Below, piece by piece: positions 1 to 12,900 of a DNA stretch of 64,000 bases. The position numbers and the translations under genes are program-made. The notes under the pieces are model-generated. The model was given only the letters and a program-made list of their open reading frames with translations. It was not told the origin of the DNA and did no database searches. Position 1 is the stretch's first letter, and each line of letters begins with the position of its first letter. This DNA comes from Mytilus edulis (Eukaryota): contig NC_092346.1 of the NCBI RefSeq assembly GCF_963676685.1, forward strand, positions 26,040,001 through 26,104,000, written 5' to 3'.

Positions 1-1351
1 GTCTAGATCTGTGTCTAAACTAACTAATGCAATTCTTCGATTGTGGTTTAACATCTCGTCTGTCTGCTAAGTACAGAACGTGACCTATTCCTGAATATGA
101 CTGTTATAGCGAGTGTGAATTTGCATTGCTATACGACGCGTATCTTATACATCCAGTTTCTATTATGGTTTTTGTTGAATAATTTGTTATGTCTTGTCGG
201 TTTTAGTCCAAATTATTATAAAATTACCTTTCAATACCTTCATTGTCATCAACTTTGTTTAGACTGTTATTGAGAAAATAATTATATAAGGTTCGAGATT
301 GCATTTTCGTTACTACAGTGCGTCACTGTTTTTGATGTCCTGTGGTGTCTGTCGTTTTCTGTGGTCGGCATGTTGTGTCGAATATTATATCATTTGATAG
401 TGTGTTTCTCTGTGATTAGTGTTCTTGCGTTTATGTGTGCTGTATTTCTATCACGTAGTGTTGTCATGTTAGCGATATTTTTTTAACATGGTCATATAAG
501 CGGGAGGTTCGGCCAGTAGAGTTGATGTGTTTCCCTCAGTTTTAGTTTGTAACCCGGATTGTTTTCTCTACATCTATTTATGACTTTTGAACGGTATAGT
601 ACTGTTGTCTTTATCTAAGTATGTATTCTAGATTACATTCCATTTACTCAAAAACTTGCTGAGAAAAAATAAGGCGTGAAACAAAGAATCTTAGTTTATA
701 TAGAACTGTAAGAGAATCGTCAACCAATACAACAAATATTGTCTATGTAATGATATTCGATCTTCTGCTAATCATTGGAATAATATTTTCTATATTTATA
801 GAGTTTACACTAATGAATATTTTAAGTCTACGCCCCAAAACTCCATAAATAAAGAAATAGGATTGAAGGCTTCACTTTCTTTCTAGACTAGAACAAGAAT
901 TACAGCACGCTTTAGCAAACATATAGTAGTTTGATATGCGATGTTTTTCGGGCGCAATTTCTCAGAATCTTATTACTGTCAATGTAGTAGACTGTTGAAT
1001 CGATGACCACTTTTTCCCATGGTATCGATCTTACACACATCTGACAACTTAAACTCTTGCAGACCTTCAACGATCTAAGTGTCGAATTAATCATTAACTA
1101 CTAGTATGTTCTATTTGATTGTTCTGATATGGCTATAGAAGTTTCCCGTTGTTCAATCTCGTAAATTGAGTAAACAAATAAAGGTAACAAACAAACAACA
1201 AACAGACAAAAAAATCGTATGAACTCCTAAAATAGCATCGATATAGTAAGCGTCTCTTGTTACATATGTATCTCCATTTTATGAACCCATATTCCTGCTA
1301 TATAAAAACAAATAATGGACCAGTGTTGAGACGAATTAAATGATGAACAGT

Positions 1352-1632
1352 ATTACAGCAGATTTCATTGAGTGTGTAGCTAAGGGTAATATACTAGTAG
1401 TTCGTTAGCTTGCTTGTTAGCTGAACCGTGAAATCATTGTTAGGTTAGGTAAATTACCCTACACTAAGAATAGACAAGTTCGATAGATAACTAATCTATC
1501 TGTCTGTTGGACCATGCTACTTTGAAAGGAGGGTAGTATACCAGACCTAATAATGACTTCACGGTTCAGCTAACAAGCAAGCTAACCAAAGATATAACCT
1601 TTCGCTACACAATCAATGGAATCTGCTGTAAA
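1352..1632. mobile_element. MITE with long imperfect terminal inverted repeats
   Basis: TTACAGCAGATT...GTTAGCTTGCTTGTTAGCTGAACCGTGAA mirrored by TTCACGGTTCAGCTAACAAGCAAGCTAAC...AATCTGCTGTAA. Confidence 0.75.
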
Positions 1633-1868
1633 ATATAGACCACTAAGTACGCGGTAGTTAGTATCTGTGAAAGGATTAATACACCTCTAAGTAGCTATTA
1701 ACAGTCAAGCAGTTTGTTTTGGGGGACTGTAAACGTAATTATTACAGTCACCTTCATAACATTTTATAATTTTCAAGTTAATCAAGGCTTTAAATCTTTC
1801 AGAGCGCTAAAGTAAACTTGTTCCTGAATTCCGTAACGGATACACGTAACCGTTATAGGCTGGGGCTA

Positions 1869-2517
1869 AGGTAGCAATACACAGTTAGGAAAAAAACTTA
1901 AAATTGACACTCATAATTTTTAAACACCCTCTATCCCCTCCTGTCTAACAAAGAAAGCTTTATATGTGTGTTATGCATGTATATACTTATATACTTATAT
2001 ATTTCTAATGGTCATAAGGGTGAAATATAATCCCTCTTGGGTGTAACCATGGCAACAATCTGCATTTCTTAGATACAAAATATAGCAAAAAAGGGGGTGA
2101 ACATGTCACAAAAGTCTCCAAAAGGTCTAAAGGAAAATTTCAATCAATTACAGTAATACCTTTCCTGAATTCATAGGTTTATATCTATCAAGTGGTCCCA
2201 AAAAATCATATGCTTATCTGCTCGTTTTTCCATAAAATTGAATTGAAAAGATCGAGCGCAAAATCTTTGTTGATAAACACTACAATAATGTATGGACCTA
2301 TGAACGGTACGGATAGAAAAATACGGACTGTCAATCATATAAATGGCCTATAAAACATGTTAAAAACAATCTTAATGTTCATATAAACCCACTAAGAAGC
2401 CTATATTATTCTTCAATTATCTAAAAATCAATTTTATTGTACAAAAACTTTCATATTTAAAAAATTCACACAGGGGCCATAATGCGAAACTAAACTTCTA
2501 ACTGTGTATTGCTACCT
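1869..2517. mobile_element. Non-autonomous DNA transposon, TIR AGGTAGCAATACACAGTTAG (Kolobok-like termini)
   Basis: TIRs at 1869-1888 and 2498-2517; diverged sister copy in the opposite orientation at 53638-54302. Confidence 0.8.
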
Positions 2518-2860
2518 AAGGGACATGTAACTACTACAAGTGTTTAAAAAGAGAATACCGCAGTCGCTGTGATTGTATTTTCTATAATTTTAAATGTTTT
2601 AAATTACGAAAGCAAAATCTTTCATGTTACAACCAATTAATCTGCGAAACGCTTCAGCATTATAGTTGCCAGATTTTTTTCTTGATACCAATAGCCTACA
2701 CGCATGAATAGAGATGTATAATCTGACTATATTTTGATGGGGTATTTGGATTAGTGCTTATATGATCTTATATGTATTTCAGGAAGTTATGTGTAGTCTT
2801 GCTGTTGACAAATAAACGATGGAAGTTTAGTAAATATATTTAAAATGTTTTATTGTTAAA

Positions 2861-5800
2861 TTATTCCATCGAGCACTCTGAAGGTGGAATGAAAACATTT
2901 GGATCTGTGATTCCAACGTTGATGTCAAAGAATCTGTAAAAAAATAAGTTAAATTAGTTGCTTGCGTAATATGTATAACTATGTAAAATGTCGATATTTT
3001 GAATAAAAAATTGATATTCAATAAACGAAAATTCAGTAAAATTCCTCAAGAAAATGTAATAACACTCCTAACGGTTTCTTTTGTTTCTACTAGATACTGG
3101 AGAACACAATTGGTATATGGGGAAAAGAAGTGGGAAACGGGATTTGGGAAATGAGCTTCCCCATGCACCCCCTGAAAGCTGTTTTCTTTCTAATCTGAGT
3201 GTTAATGGTTAAACGGATGTATTTGACGTCTTTGTATTATCATCTAAATAGATACCAGGACTAAAATTGTGTACGCTAGACGCATGTTTCATCTTAAATA
3301 AAATCACCAGTGACGCTCGAATAAAAAAGTTTAAAACGCCAAATAAAGTACGAACTTGAATATCAAACTAGAATCATATTCGAAACAGTGTGGTCCTGGC
3401 CATTGATTGACAACCGAAATTATCCCATTGACTGGGACAGATTAGATGAACGTTTGTCGGTAACGACTATTGCTCACTTCTCACTTATTATAGAATTTAA
3501 ACTGTGGGGTCACCAAAGGTTCTTAACGCCTTTAATGATAAAATAATTTGAAAAAGTATTCAGCAATAACCTTTATGTTTTGATTTATATTATTGATATA
3601 AATCAACACATCGAATTATTCCGAATTAGTTTTTCGAATTGCTTTATTTAGGTGTTGAGAACCTTTGGTGACCCCACAGATTCAGTGTCTTTAACAAGTA
3701 CACAGTGAGCGCAGTGATTGTTACCGACAAACGTTCATCTAATCTGTCCCAGTCAATGGGATAATTTAGGTTGTCAATCAATGGCCAGGACCACACTGTT
3801 TCGAATATGATTCTATCTGAATAAATATTTTATCAATTTCATAAAAGTTAAAGATCTATCTGAAAATCCAGTGAATATCTTTTTTAAAGCCACTTACGTT
3901 GTTGTGATCAAGCTGGACTCTTTAGAGTAGAAGGCGTATTCAATTGGAACACAGTCTGGTGATGAGACCATTCCGTAGAACTTGTCGTCTCCGTCGGTAA
4001 GAGACCAGTTTTCGACAACAAGAGATTCGCCTGGTACACCAGCGGCACCAATGGTGGCAGATCCGTCAAATTGGGCATTTGGGGGTACTCCATATGGTCT
4101 GAATGGTCTGAGTAGATTGGTTACATTACACTTTCTTGATTTCAAGTTCAATCTGTATTCTTTTCCCTGTATATGAAAAAATATTACTTTAAACAAAATG
4201 TTAATCCTTTGTTTTGAAGATAGATCGAAGACATTGTAAAAAAAAAACGAAAACAATATTTGAGTCTGAAGCTCTTTTCTAGATTTACCTTCATCAGAAA
4301 CACTCAAAGCCAAGAATGTATTTATAAGAAGCGAAACAAGGGAAGAATCTAAAAAAAAAATAACCAAATCTATCTAAGGTCAACTAAGGATCTAACTTAA
4401 AACTCTTCAATAAGTGATATTTTAACTCAAAATAAGGTTCCAATGTTTATAAACACCCAAGCGATTATGTAATAAAATGGTACTTATTGTTTAACTTGTA
4501 GCATTTCCAAATATTACATGCTGTCTCTAGATTTTAATTGAAGTCGATATCTTGTGATCATATTTAGACTGTTTCGAACATCCTTGACGACTTACTTGGC
4601 CAAGCTGGTTGTATTGTGATATATATATATATATACCACGGCCAGCGAAAGCTCTTTTTTTGAGAGCCCCGGTGGTCGTGTGGTCTAGTGGGACGGCTGC
4701 AGTGCAGGCGATTTGGTGTCACGATATCACAGTAGCATGGGTTCGAATCCCGGCGAGGGAAGAACCAAAAATAAATTTCGCAAATTTTTGGTTCTTCTCT
4801 CGCCGGGATTCGAACCCATGCTACTGTGATATCGTGACACCAAATCGCCTGCACTGCAGCCGTCCCGCTAGACCACACGACCACCTTATATATATAAGAA
4901 AAAGTTAAGTAAGTTACTCTCTAAAATCAAGAAATTTCTAAATATTGATCTAAGAAAATTATTTTATAATGGTTATATTCTCCCACTGATAGATTATTGT
5001 TGTATTATTTGGAGTGGTTGTGCTTAAAATGAGCTAGTCAGAATAATAAAGTTGCAGAAAAGGGTTGTAAAACTGATTTTAGATGCTGATCCACTTTCAT
5101 CATCAGCTCCACTGTTCAAACAGCTTGGATAGATGACAGTAGAGAACAGAATCTCATACCACAAATCAGTTTTGATGCATAAATGCCTTAAGAATGAAGC
5201 CCCTGTATATCTCACTGAAAAAATTAAAGAAATGCCTCTTGCAAAAATTTACAAGTTCCAAAAGTCAAAACAGAGCTTTATAAGAAATCTTTTATATATT
5301 CAGGATCTATTTTATGGAATAACTTACCAATATCCCAGAAAAAATCAACCTCAAGTACAAGCTCATTCAAAAAAGATTTAAAAAATTACTTGATGGAACA
5401 TTAAGAAGCTGTGCGTTTTTTATATGCATAACCATTTTGCCACACTTACTCAAACTTATGATATTGTTGATGCCAATACTATACATGTCATATATGAATT
5501 TGTAACTTTTACCTATTTGAAAATTGTATATTTCATAACAATTTTTTATTTCATTATTCATGTATGTGTGTCTGTTTGATATTTTGTAATTGTTTGTTAT
5601 ATTTCATTGTATTTCATGAGGGCCTCAGGGAAGATTAGCTTTATAGCTAACTGTGTNNNNNNNNNNNNNNNNNNNNNNNNNNNNNNNNNNNNNNNNNNNN
5701 NNNNNNNNNNNNNNNNNNNNNNNNNNNNNNNNNNNNNNNNNNNNNNNNNNNNNNNNNNNNNNNNNNNNNNNNNNNNNNNNNNNNNNNNNNNNNNNNNNNN

Positions 5801-7676
5801 NNNNNNNNNNNNNNNNNNNNNNNNNNNNNNNNNNNNNNNNNNNNNNATTTACTATCACTGTTTCATTGTGTAACTTGAACACAAGTTTTGTTCTTTTAAT
5901 TTTTGACTACGCTTGTGGTCAATAATTGCGCTCTTCTATCGTATTGGTTCGAAACTATTTTTATGACATTTTAAGAAAAATTTAGAATAAACACTTACAA
6001 TGTTGTGGAGATAAAGAACGTCATAATATTCCCTGTCTTGACCAATTTGAACTTCCTCAATTTCTCTGGCTCTTCTGTTAGTTTCGTCATAGCTCAGTTT
6101 AGCCAATTCTCCGAACATTTTTGCTCTGTCGGCCTGCAAAAAAAAAAACCCATCGAAGTGTTAATAGATTCTTGATAGACACAAAATATATAAGTAAATA
6201 GCACATGTTGTGCTTCTCCTTTTCAGTCTAGTATTGCCTATGCTAAGCTCCAGAAGATATCGTTGTCGCCATTTTAGAACAGAACTACGTTTTGGAGGAA
6301 TGCTCTTACTATACATGTATTCAAATTGTTTAACCGCATTTCACAATTTTGTAATCTGTAATATTAGACATGAACTTGCGTATGGGAGAGTAGTCTTTTA
6401 GCGTTTGCTCAAACTTTTGATATTTAGGTATTGGTTATCACTGGATTAATATCATCAGGAATAGTACTCAAAATGGTTTTTTTTTGTTATTTTTCGGTGT
6501 AATTGCCAAAAAAAGATGTCTTTCACAGTATTATTCAAAACTTAACTGGTATTCTTCTAGTCATCTCTCAAACATTAATTAAGTTACATGTAAAACCAAT
6601 CTGCTGAAGATCCATTGGTCTAAGTAGTATGTTTTCATAATGTCGTGGTGTATGATAACTTTTTTCGCCATGTTTCTATTGGAAAGGGATTGAATGAATT
6701 TGAAGGGAAAAAAAACGTGTATTACTTACTCTTAAGAACCTTCCTTCCCATTGCTTTGGAGATTCTAAAATGCAAGAAAAATTTTAAATGTTAAATCGAA
6801 GACGATTGCGGATAATACGTCATATACTTTCCCTCTTCATTCCCGATAAAGTGGAACCCGAATTATATAATGTACGAAATTTCAACAAAACATATTTTTG
6901 CAAATTTTAGTCCGAAAAATCTGAGTATAATTCTGAGGGAATTAATAACACAATTTTCTCTTCGCTGAAATGAACAATTAAAGTTTTCCCGTTTATTTCG
7001 AATATAAAATATTTAAGTTGATGTTGTTCAATATTCATCAATTTTGCACACATAATTTGTGCATTAAACTTTAATTGAACGAAGCAAATATGAAAATAAC
7101 AGCAACAAAGATCGGAGGATGCGTTGTTATTATGATTATTATTCATTATTATTATTTATAATAGTTTATCTTAAAATTCGCTCTATTTATTAACTTTTAC
7201 ATAGTTATCTGACAAAATTTACGTCGATAAAATATACCGGATTTTATGTCCAACGACAAAAGAATAAAGTGACAATCAACGGTTCAATGAAAATATTTTC
7301 ATAATGGTAGGTATTCTTCATAGATATACACGACTTTTTTTAATAATATTCTACACTCCGTCTCTCTCCGCTCACCAATATACCATGTTATAGTTTATTA
7401 AATTTATTTAAACCTAGAGTCATAGCGTTAAATTTTAATCGGGCCGACCCATAATTGCCCCATTTTGATGTAACTAAGCTAACAATTAACTTGATACAGT
7501 TTAGTTCGCATACATCTTTTAAATTTATAAAACGGTTTATTATAAATATCTATTTCGCAAATTAAAATGATTTTAAAATAAATATATTTTAAGAAATTTG
7601 CTAACTTACCACAAGGACGTGGCTCCTGAGCATATACGACGACCAAACAGCAGAGAGCGAGGAGTAGAAGTTTCAT
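2861..7676 (-). CDS. Ependymin-related protein (EPDR/MERP family), paralog A; 5 coding exons, 192 aa, signal peptide
   Basis: Exons (minus): 7676-7610, 6764-6730, 6133-5999, 4166-3898, 2933-2861; all GT-AG, phases 1/0/0/2 consistent, 579 nt. Protein MKLLLLALCCLVVVYAQEPRPCESPKQWEGR...SYDETNRRAR...YDVLYLHN.GKEYRLNLKSRKCNVT...FRPYGVP...PDCVP...FFDINVGITDPNVFIPPSEC carries the ependymin hallmarks (P-C-x-S-P-x-Q-W-E-G-R, YD, F-x-D...GI-x-DP-x-VF-x-PP-x-x-C). Kozak GCCACCATG. Confidence 0.93.
3251..3360 (-). mobile_element. Decayed retrozyme fragment (second subfamily)
   Basis: GATACCAGGACTAAA..TACGCTAGACGCATGTTTCATCT..ATCACCAGTGACGCTCGAAT..AAATAAAGTACGAA aligns to 51345-51460. Confidence 0.65.
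3369..3815. mobile_element. Fold-back MITE in EPDR-A intron 4
   Basis: About 95 bp of near-perfect TIR (TAGAATCATATTCGAAACAGTGTGGTCCTGGCC...) plus inner inverted blocks (CTGTGGGGTCACCAAAGGTTCT); TA at both ends. Confidence 0.85.
4262..4305 (-). ncRNA. Minimal hammerhead-like motif of a different family
   Basis: Minus: GAGUGUUU CUGAUGA AGG uaaa UCU A GAAA A gagc U UC AGACUC; decayed relatives at 14783-14826 (minus) and 17385-17428 (plus). Confidence 0.6.
4671..4885. repeat. Fold-back of two tRNA-derived (SINE-like) heads, ~102-bp arms, 11-nt spacer
   Basis: 4671-4772 is the reverse complement of 4784-4885 with 2 mismatches; each arm has A box TGGTCTAG(T/C)GG and B box GGTTCGAATCC; (TA)n on both sides. 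Confidence 0.85.
5020..5420 (+). mobile_element. 3' relic of a CR1/L2-group LINE ORF2
   Basis: Translates KLQKRVVKLILDADPLSSSAPLFKQLG*MTVENRISYHKSVLMHKCLKNEAPVYL, typical of the region downstream of RT; in-frame stop. Confidence 0.7.
5657..5846. other. Assembly gap (N run) in EPDR-A intron 3
   Basis: 190 N characters. Confidence 0.99.
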
Positions 7677-7720
7677 GGTGGCGATGGATTTGTACAAACT
7701 CGGTCAACCTGGATTCTACC

Positions 7721-7755
7721 TTATATATGACCCGGGTATCCCTCTTATCTTATCT
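7721..7755 (-). promoter_or_regulatory. Putative core promoter of EPDR-A: TATATAA box plus tandem GATAAGATAAG
   Basis: Minus strand reads AGATAAGATAAG (7755-7744) then TATATAA (7727-7721), about 45 nt upstream of the ATG. Confidence 0.5.
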
Positions 7756-8539
7756 ATAAACGTCTTATGAAACGTTATAAGACACATGCATACCCCGGGT
7801 TTTACTGTAAAAGTTAATACACACTTGACTATGTTATGTATCGTACGATTAACTTAAAAAGCGATGATTTTGCATTTCCCAGGAAAGCAGTCATATACAG
7901 ACTGCCATGGTATTACATAACTGAACGCATGTCGCTTTTTTATGAACTTTGGTCAATATACTGAGCTTGAAAATGCCATTGAAGGTTCAGTATATTGTTA
8001 CAAACTATCAGGTGTATCATTTTGCGTTCTATGTGTGCCTGTCCCATATCAAAAGCCTGCATTTCTATGGTTGTCTTTGGTTTCTGATTGCCGTTTTTGT
8101 TTTTCTTTAGTTGTTTTTTTCATATTGGTTTTCTTTTTGGATGGTTTCGCATATGATGACGTCGGGCCTTCTGTAGCTAATTCAGTATACGGTTTTTGGT
8201 TTTGATCATTGTAAAAGGTAATACGGTGACATATAGTTTTACTTGGACTCTGGTGGATAGTTGTCTCAATGACAATCACACCACATCTCTGATGTATGAT
8301 TTTGAACGCGTTTCATTCGTTATAAATATCAATTCTAATTAGGTAATAAAAACCTTAAATGATATTTTGAACACGGTGTTATTTCTTGAATTCTTTTTGA
8401 AGCTGAAGATTGCTTATGTTTGTGTGCACGTTTTTTGTTTGTTTTTATTTTACTTATATCGAAAATCACAACCAGATTCAATCTGAATAAACTTATATAA
8501 GTGGTACTCTCGAAAGATTTGGAAATTGGGGCCAACATT

Positions 8540-9042
8540 GGGGCGATTACTCTCAGATCTGTTCCTAGTGTCTTATTGTTGTTGGAATGTACAAGTACCC
8601 GGCCACGTCCACTTGTATTTTTGTCCATCTGATGAGTTAAGCCTTTTTCAACTGATTTTTATAATTCGTTCTTATGTTGTACTGTTAAACCACTGTCCCA
8701 GGTTAGGGGAGGGTTGGGATCCCGCTAACATGTTTAACCCCGCCACATTATTTATGCATGTGCCTGTCCCAAGTCAGGAGCCTGTAATTCAGTGGTTGTC
8801 GTTTGTTAATGTGTTACATATTTGTGTTTCGTTCATTTTTTTTTTTTATATAAATAAGGCGTTAGTTTTCTCCTTTGAATTGTTTTACATTATCATTTCG
8901 GTGCCTTTTACAACTGACTGTGAGGTATGGGCTTTGCTCATTGTTGAAGGCCGTATGGTTACCTATAGTTGTTAATTTCTGTGTCATTTAGGTCTATTGT
9001 GGAGAGTTGTCTCATCTGCATTCATACCACATCTTTTTTATA
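8540..9042 (+). repeat. Abundant dispersed SINE-like repeat (longest copy in window)
   Basis: GTGCCTGTCCCAAGTCAGGAGCCTGTAATTCAGTGGTTGTCG...GTTGAAGGCCGTA...GGAGAGTTGTCTCA...CATACCACATCT; related copies or fragments at ~8030-8290, 13420-13565, 30768-31022, 39140-39372, 43550-43750, 51517-51610, 55675-55785. Confidence 0.75.
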
Positions 9043-9963
9043 TTCAGTACAGCAAGTTCACCTAAAATTGAGAGCAATCCAATGTAAGGACTTGAACAAA
9101 ATGTCACTAGTAATTTATAGCCTTAAGAAGGTCTTTTCGATGCAATGCAGTTTTTTGATTCTCCATTATGTCCATTGACCGGACCGGGGGGGGGGGGGGG
9201 GGGGGGGGAGGGCATTTCTTCTTGAAAAACTTTTTTTTTAAATTTATTTTTGATTTTCGGTCTTAATTTGTTTTAGGAATATATATATTCAGATCTTAAG
9301 TAAATTCATCAACGTATCCACACGATGATATGAAGTGTGGATTGATATTTAACTAATTGGAGTTCAAAATTTAAAGACTTGTAAGTCTTCTATCAATAAA
9401 ATACTATCTTAGGTACATGTATCCTCAAATGTTTATGCTATAATTTACTTAGTATCTGAGATATTTATACAAACATTCTATCAAATGACCGATTGTACAA
9501 AATTTTCATTGATTGTACAAGTAATATCAAATGGAAAAGGAAGAATATGGTTTTAAGTTTATGACCTAAAATAAAAGCCCTAGTTGCTCTTGACAAAACT
9601 TAAAACATATGAAAAGTGCATCATAAGTCAACAGTGGAGCCTTCAAAGCCTTCAAAGCCAAGTGTGACTGAGGTATAGAAATTAGACCAACTTGGTCATC
9701 CAATCGGCTCAATCCCATGTCCGAATTGGGCAGCCGTTTGGCTATGCAGTATGCGAAAATTCGCAGCCACGGCCTGACAAAATTAGAACGTCCTCCATTC
9801 TTGCCGTCCGACCTTGAAAAATTCGACCAACTGTATCATTGTTACAATATAATGACGAACTTATATACACTTTCACGGTACAATATAGATTAAGTCCAAT
9901 ATAAATACAAGGTTTAACAAATGAAAATGAAATTGTAAATTTTATGTTGAGTTCGATTCGAAA

Positions 9964-12900
9964 ATGTCCCTATTCCGACCACACGTGACTGTGTATTTAT
10001 GCATCCAAATGAAACTTTTAACTAAAGACATAGAGACAAATTCTAGTAAACTTTTGTTTTAATTTTAATCATCGCGAACATTATTTCATCTTTAAGATTT
10101 TTGTGGTTTTTTTTTTAATTCTATTTATGTATTCTTTCGTTTTAGGCGAGCATTCTATTCATTCTAATCGCTACAATTGCCCTAGCGGCCCTCCGCAGTA
10201 GGGTTGCCGTCAGCTTTATAACAACTAATGTAGTTCCTACGAGAATATTACAAAGACCAACGTTCCATGGTCCTAATGAAAAGATCTGGTTAAATCATGC
10301 CAATGAACATTATAGCATTTATACAGATCTCATCGAACCTCGGCGGTTGATGCAGGAAAGTCTTACCGTGTTTTCAACTTCTTTGTAAGTTTTATTTTAT
10401 ACTGCTCATAGAGATAGATACAAGCCAAGATTTTTAACTTTATTATACATACAGTGTATATTAAGATACTCAATACTAAGGTTAGTGTATTCATTATACA
10501 ACATTTATCAAAACAATCTCGTCTGATTCCCGTTGCAGACATTTTACACAAAGCTTTTCACAGTTAAACTACCTATATTTCTACCAAGCTCAGGATTTGT
10601 CCTTTTTTTTTAATTGCTTTTACAACTTTATTAATAATTGTTGACATATAGTCTAATATTCTTTACAGTGAATGCAAAATCGCACATTTTTTTAATTGTA
10701 AATTTACTAACTAGTTCAGAACTGCAGTAGTGACTGTCGTGGTAGTTTACTCGCCTCGATTGTGCGAGATAATTTGTTTGAAACAGCAACAGGTCAAACA
10801 AAATATTTTAATAAGCTGGTCGTAAAATTTTGAAGTAAATGCAAATACTATTGTATAATGTTGGCATGTATGTCTGGTGGAAGTCTTTAACCATTTAATC
10901 TACATGTAACAATGCTTTTGGTGGTGTATTTATTGTCAATATCTATGTTAATCTAATAGTATGTAGTGTTTTATGAGATTTGTTTTCTTGCCATGGTACT
11001 GCCTATTTTTCTTCGAATAGTGTTTTTTGATTATCTTATCGGCACTTCTCCAGTTCAATTTTTTACTTATTTACAGATTTCCTGAGAATGACAGAATTCG
11101 ACCAACACTTGGTAACGGCCATATTGCCACAGTTGTCTATACAGATACAATCTACATGAATGGTCTCTACAATGGGTTACGTGTATTTAGTCACCGAGCA
11201 AGGATACCATCAACATGTGCGATTGAAGTTGTATCCACTACGACCCGCATTACAAAATCATCTTACTCATTGGATATAGAAAAGGGTGCGTATCCGAGAA
11301 AATAATTCCCATTCTTTTTGTCCACATATATCATTAGAGAGGTAGGCCTAGTTTGTAAAGTTTATATGAAGGTATTTATTCATATGGAGCTCTTGTACTT
11401 CACAAATGAAACAATATCAAGTAATATTTTATATAGTCATTAGACTAAAATGCCTTGAAGTGAAAAGTCCGAAGCAGCAATATTTTTTTCTTAAAATCCC
11501 TACGACATTTTAACAAGATGAACTTGAGAAAATGTTGCAGCAATCCTTATTGACTTTTGAGTGGATTTTACTCTTGTTTTAATACCCGTGTTTCATATAT
11601 AACTAGTATAATCGCGTTTTAGATACTGTTGACATAAAAAAAATATTAAGAGTGAAATTAATATGTTTACTTGTACATATATTTTATATCTGGAATGACC
11701 CTTGTAAACTCCAGCTTAGCACACTCTTTTAAAGTAGGCATCGGTTCGCTCTGTTTAAAAACTTCAAATAGAAAGTTTGGTATCATTTTCCTTTCCTCTT
11801 TTAACTCGCACATAATAAATAGATGTTTGCTTTTGTTATAGGAATGTTCATAGAAGTTCGTTCAGGTCCTGGTTTTAAAATAGAATTAAAAAGATATGCT
11901 CATAGATCTATAAACCAGCTCATGATAACAGAGATGACAGTTGATAATTGTTGTCTTGACGATTTCAAAATTGACCTTGAGATGAACTATGGCAATGACT
12001 CGGAGGACATTACCTTAAGGAGTGATATAGAGAGCGGTGTCAGGTATTTTAATGTTAACCCTTTTGTGGTATATAATTTTCATGGAATACTCTGTTTTTG
12101 TGTGTGCGCATAATAACCTCGTTAGCTTATAATGCTTATAGAAAATAGGAAAGAATTGTCTACAGTAATAATCCTTTGACGTGACTCTGTGGCGTTGAAA
12201 AACGTGAGAATGTGAATATACGGTCTTCGTGGTTTTTATGTTCAAATAAACAAGTGATTGTCTTAGCTTCACAATGACATAAAAAGTCTATGAGGAGTTG
12301 CTAATACTCGAGAAAATGTGCAAGATCCGTCGTACACGCCATGATCATTGAAAGACAAACATACAGTTAGATTGTAAGATTCTGTAAAACGAGCAACCTT
12401 TGACAAGGAACCTGCTTTTGAACCGACACAAAATGAACATGATAGGAGAAATATTAGTTCTCTCTCGTTCTCGTAAAACAATACTACACCATTTATATTT
12501 TAAATTATGGAAGAAGAAAAAAACAAAAGATCTCAAAGTGCTGATATATACGGAAGCGTATTAGCGCCACACATTTTTTTTTAATTTTTCTTCCTATCTT
12601 TGCGTTATAACGCAAACCTTTGCGAAATACCACAAACATTTGCGATATAACGCAAACATTTGCGATATAATGCAAACATCTTGATTTCAATTATTCACTA
12701 AGTTTTGTATATATGTCCGTCTGTCATTAATTTCGGTTGTGATTTCCTAGCAGATAAAAAAAAAGAACCATAAATACAAGGCCAAATCATTATAATAAAT
12801 ATGCATAGGCATAAGGGAATACTTGAAGTTCAATTATACATAAATTAAGACTGATCTGTGCATCAGTAAAGTATATAATTTAACAAGAAAATAGATATGG

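Noticed and set aside
4671-4760. Functional tRNA gene
   Set aside because: A and B boxes are present, but no convincing cloverleaf or acceptor stem forms; it is a tRNA-derived repeat in an inverted pair.
4564-4908. Overlapping ORFs 4564-4884 (-) and 4609-4908 (+) with near-identical peptides
   Set aside because: Artefact of the palindrome.
5607-5925. ORFs spanning the N run
   Set aside because: Open only because of the assembly gap.
8624-8660. CTGATGAG as a hammerhead core
   Set aside because: No downstream GAAA or pairing stems at the required spacing.
8526-8975. 149-aa ORF
   Set aside because: Lies within a multi-copy dispersed repeat; no domain recognised.
9186-9213. Poly-G tract as a regulatory G-quadruplex
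   Set aside because: Simple homopolymer of uncertain length with no other support.
9982-9989. CACGTGAC as a TFEB/CLEAR element linking PGGHG and EPDR-A
   Set aside because: Single occurrence, and it overlaps the tentative exon 1 donor; cannot be supported from sequence alone.
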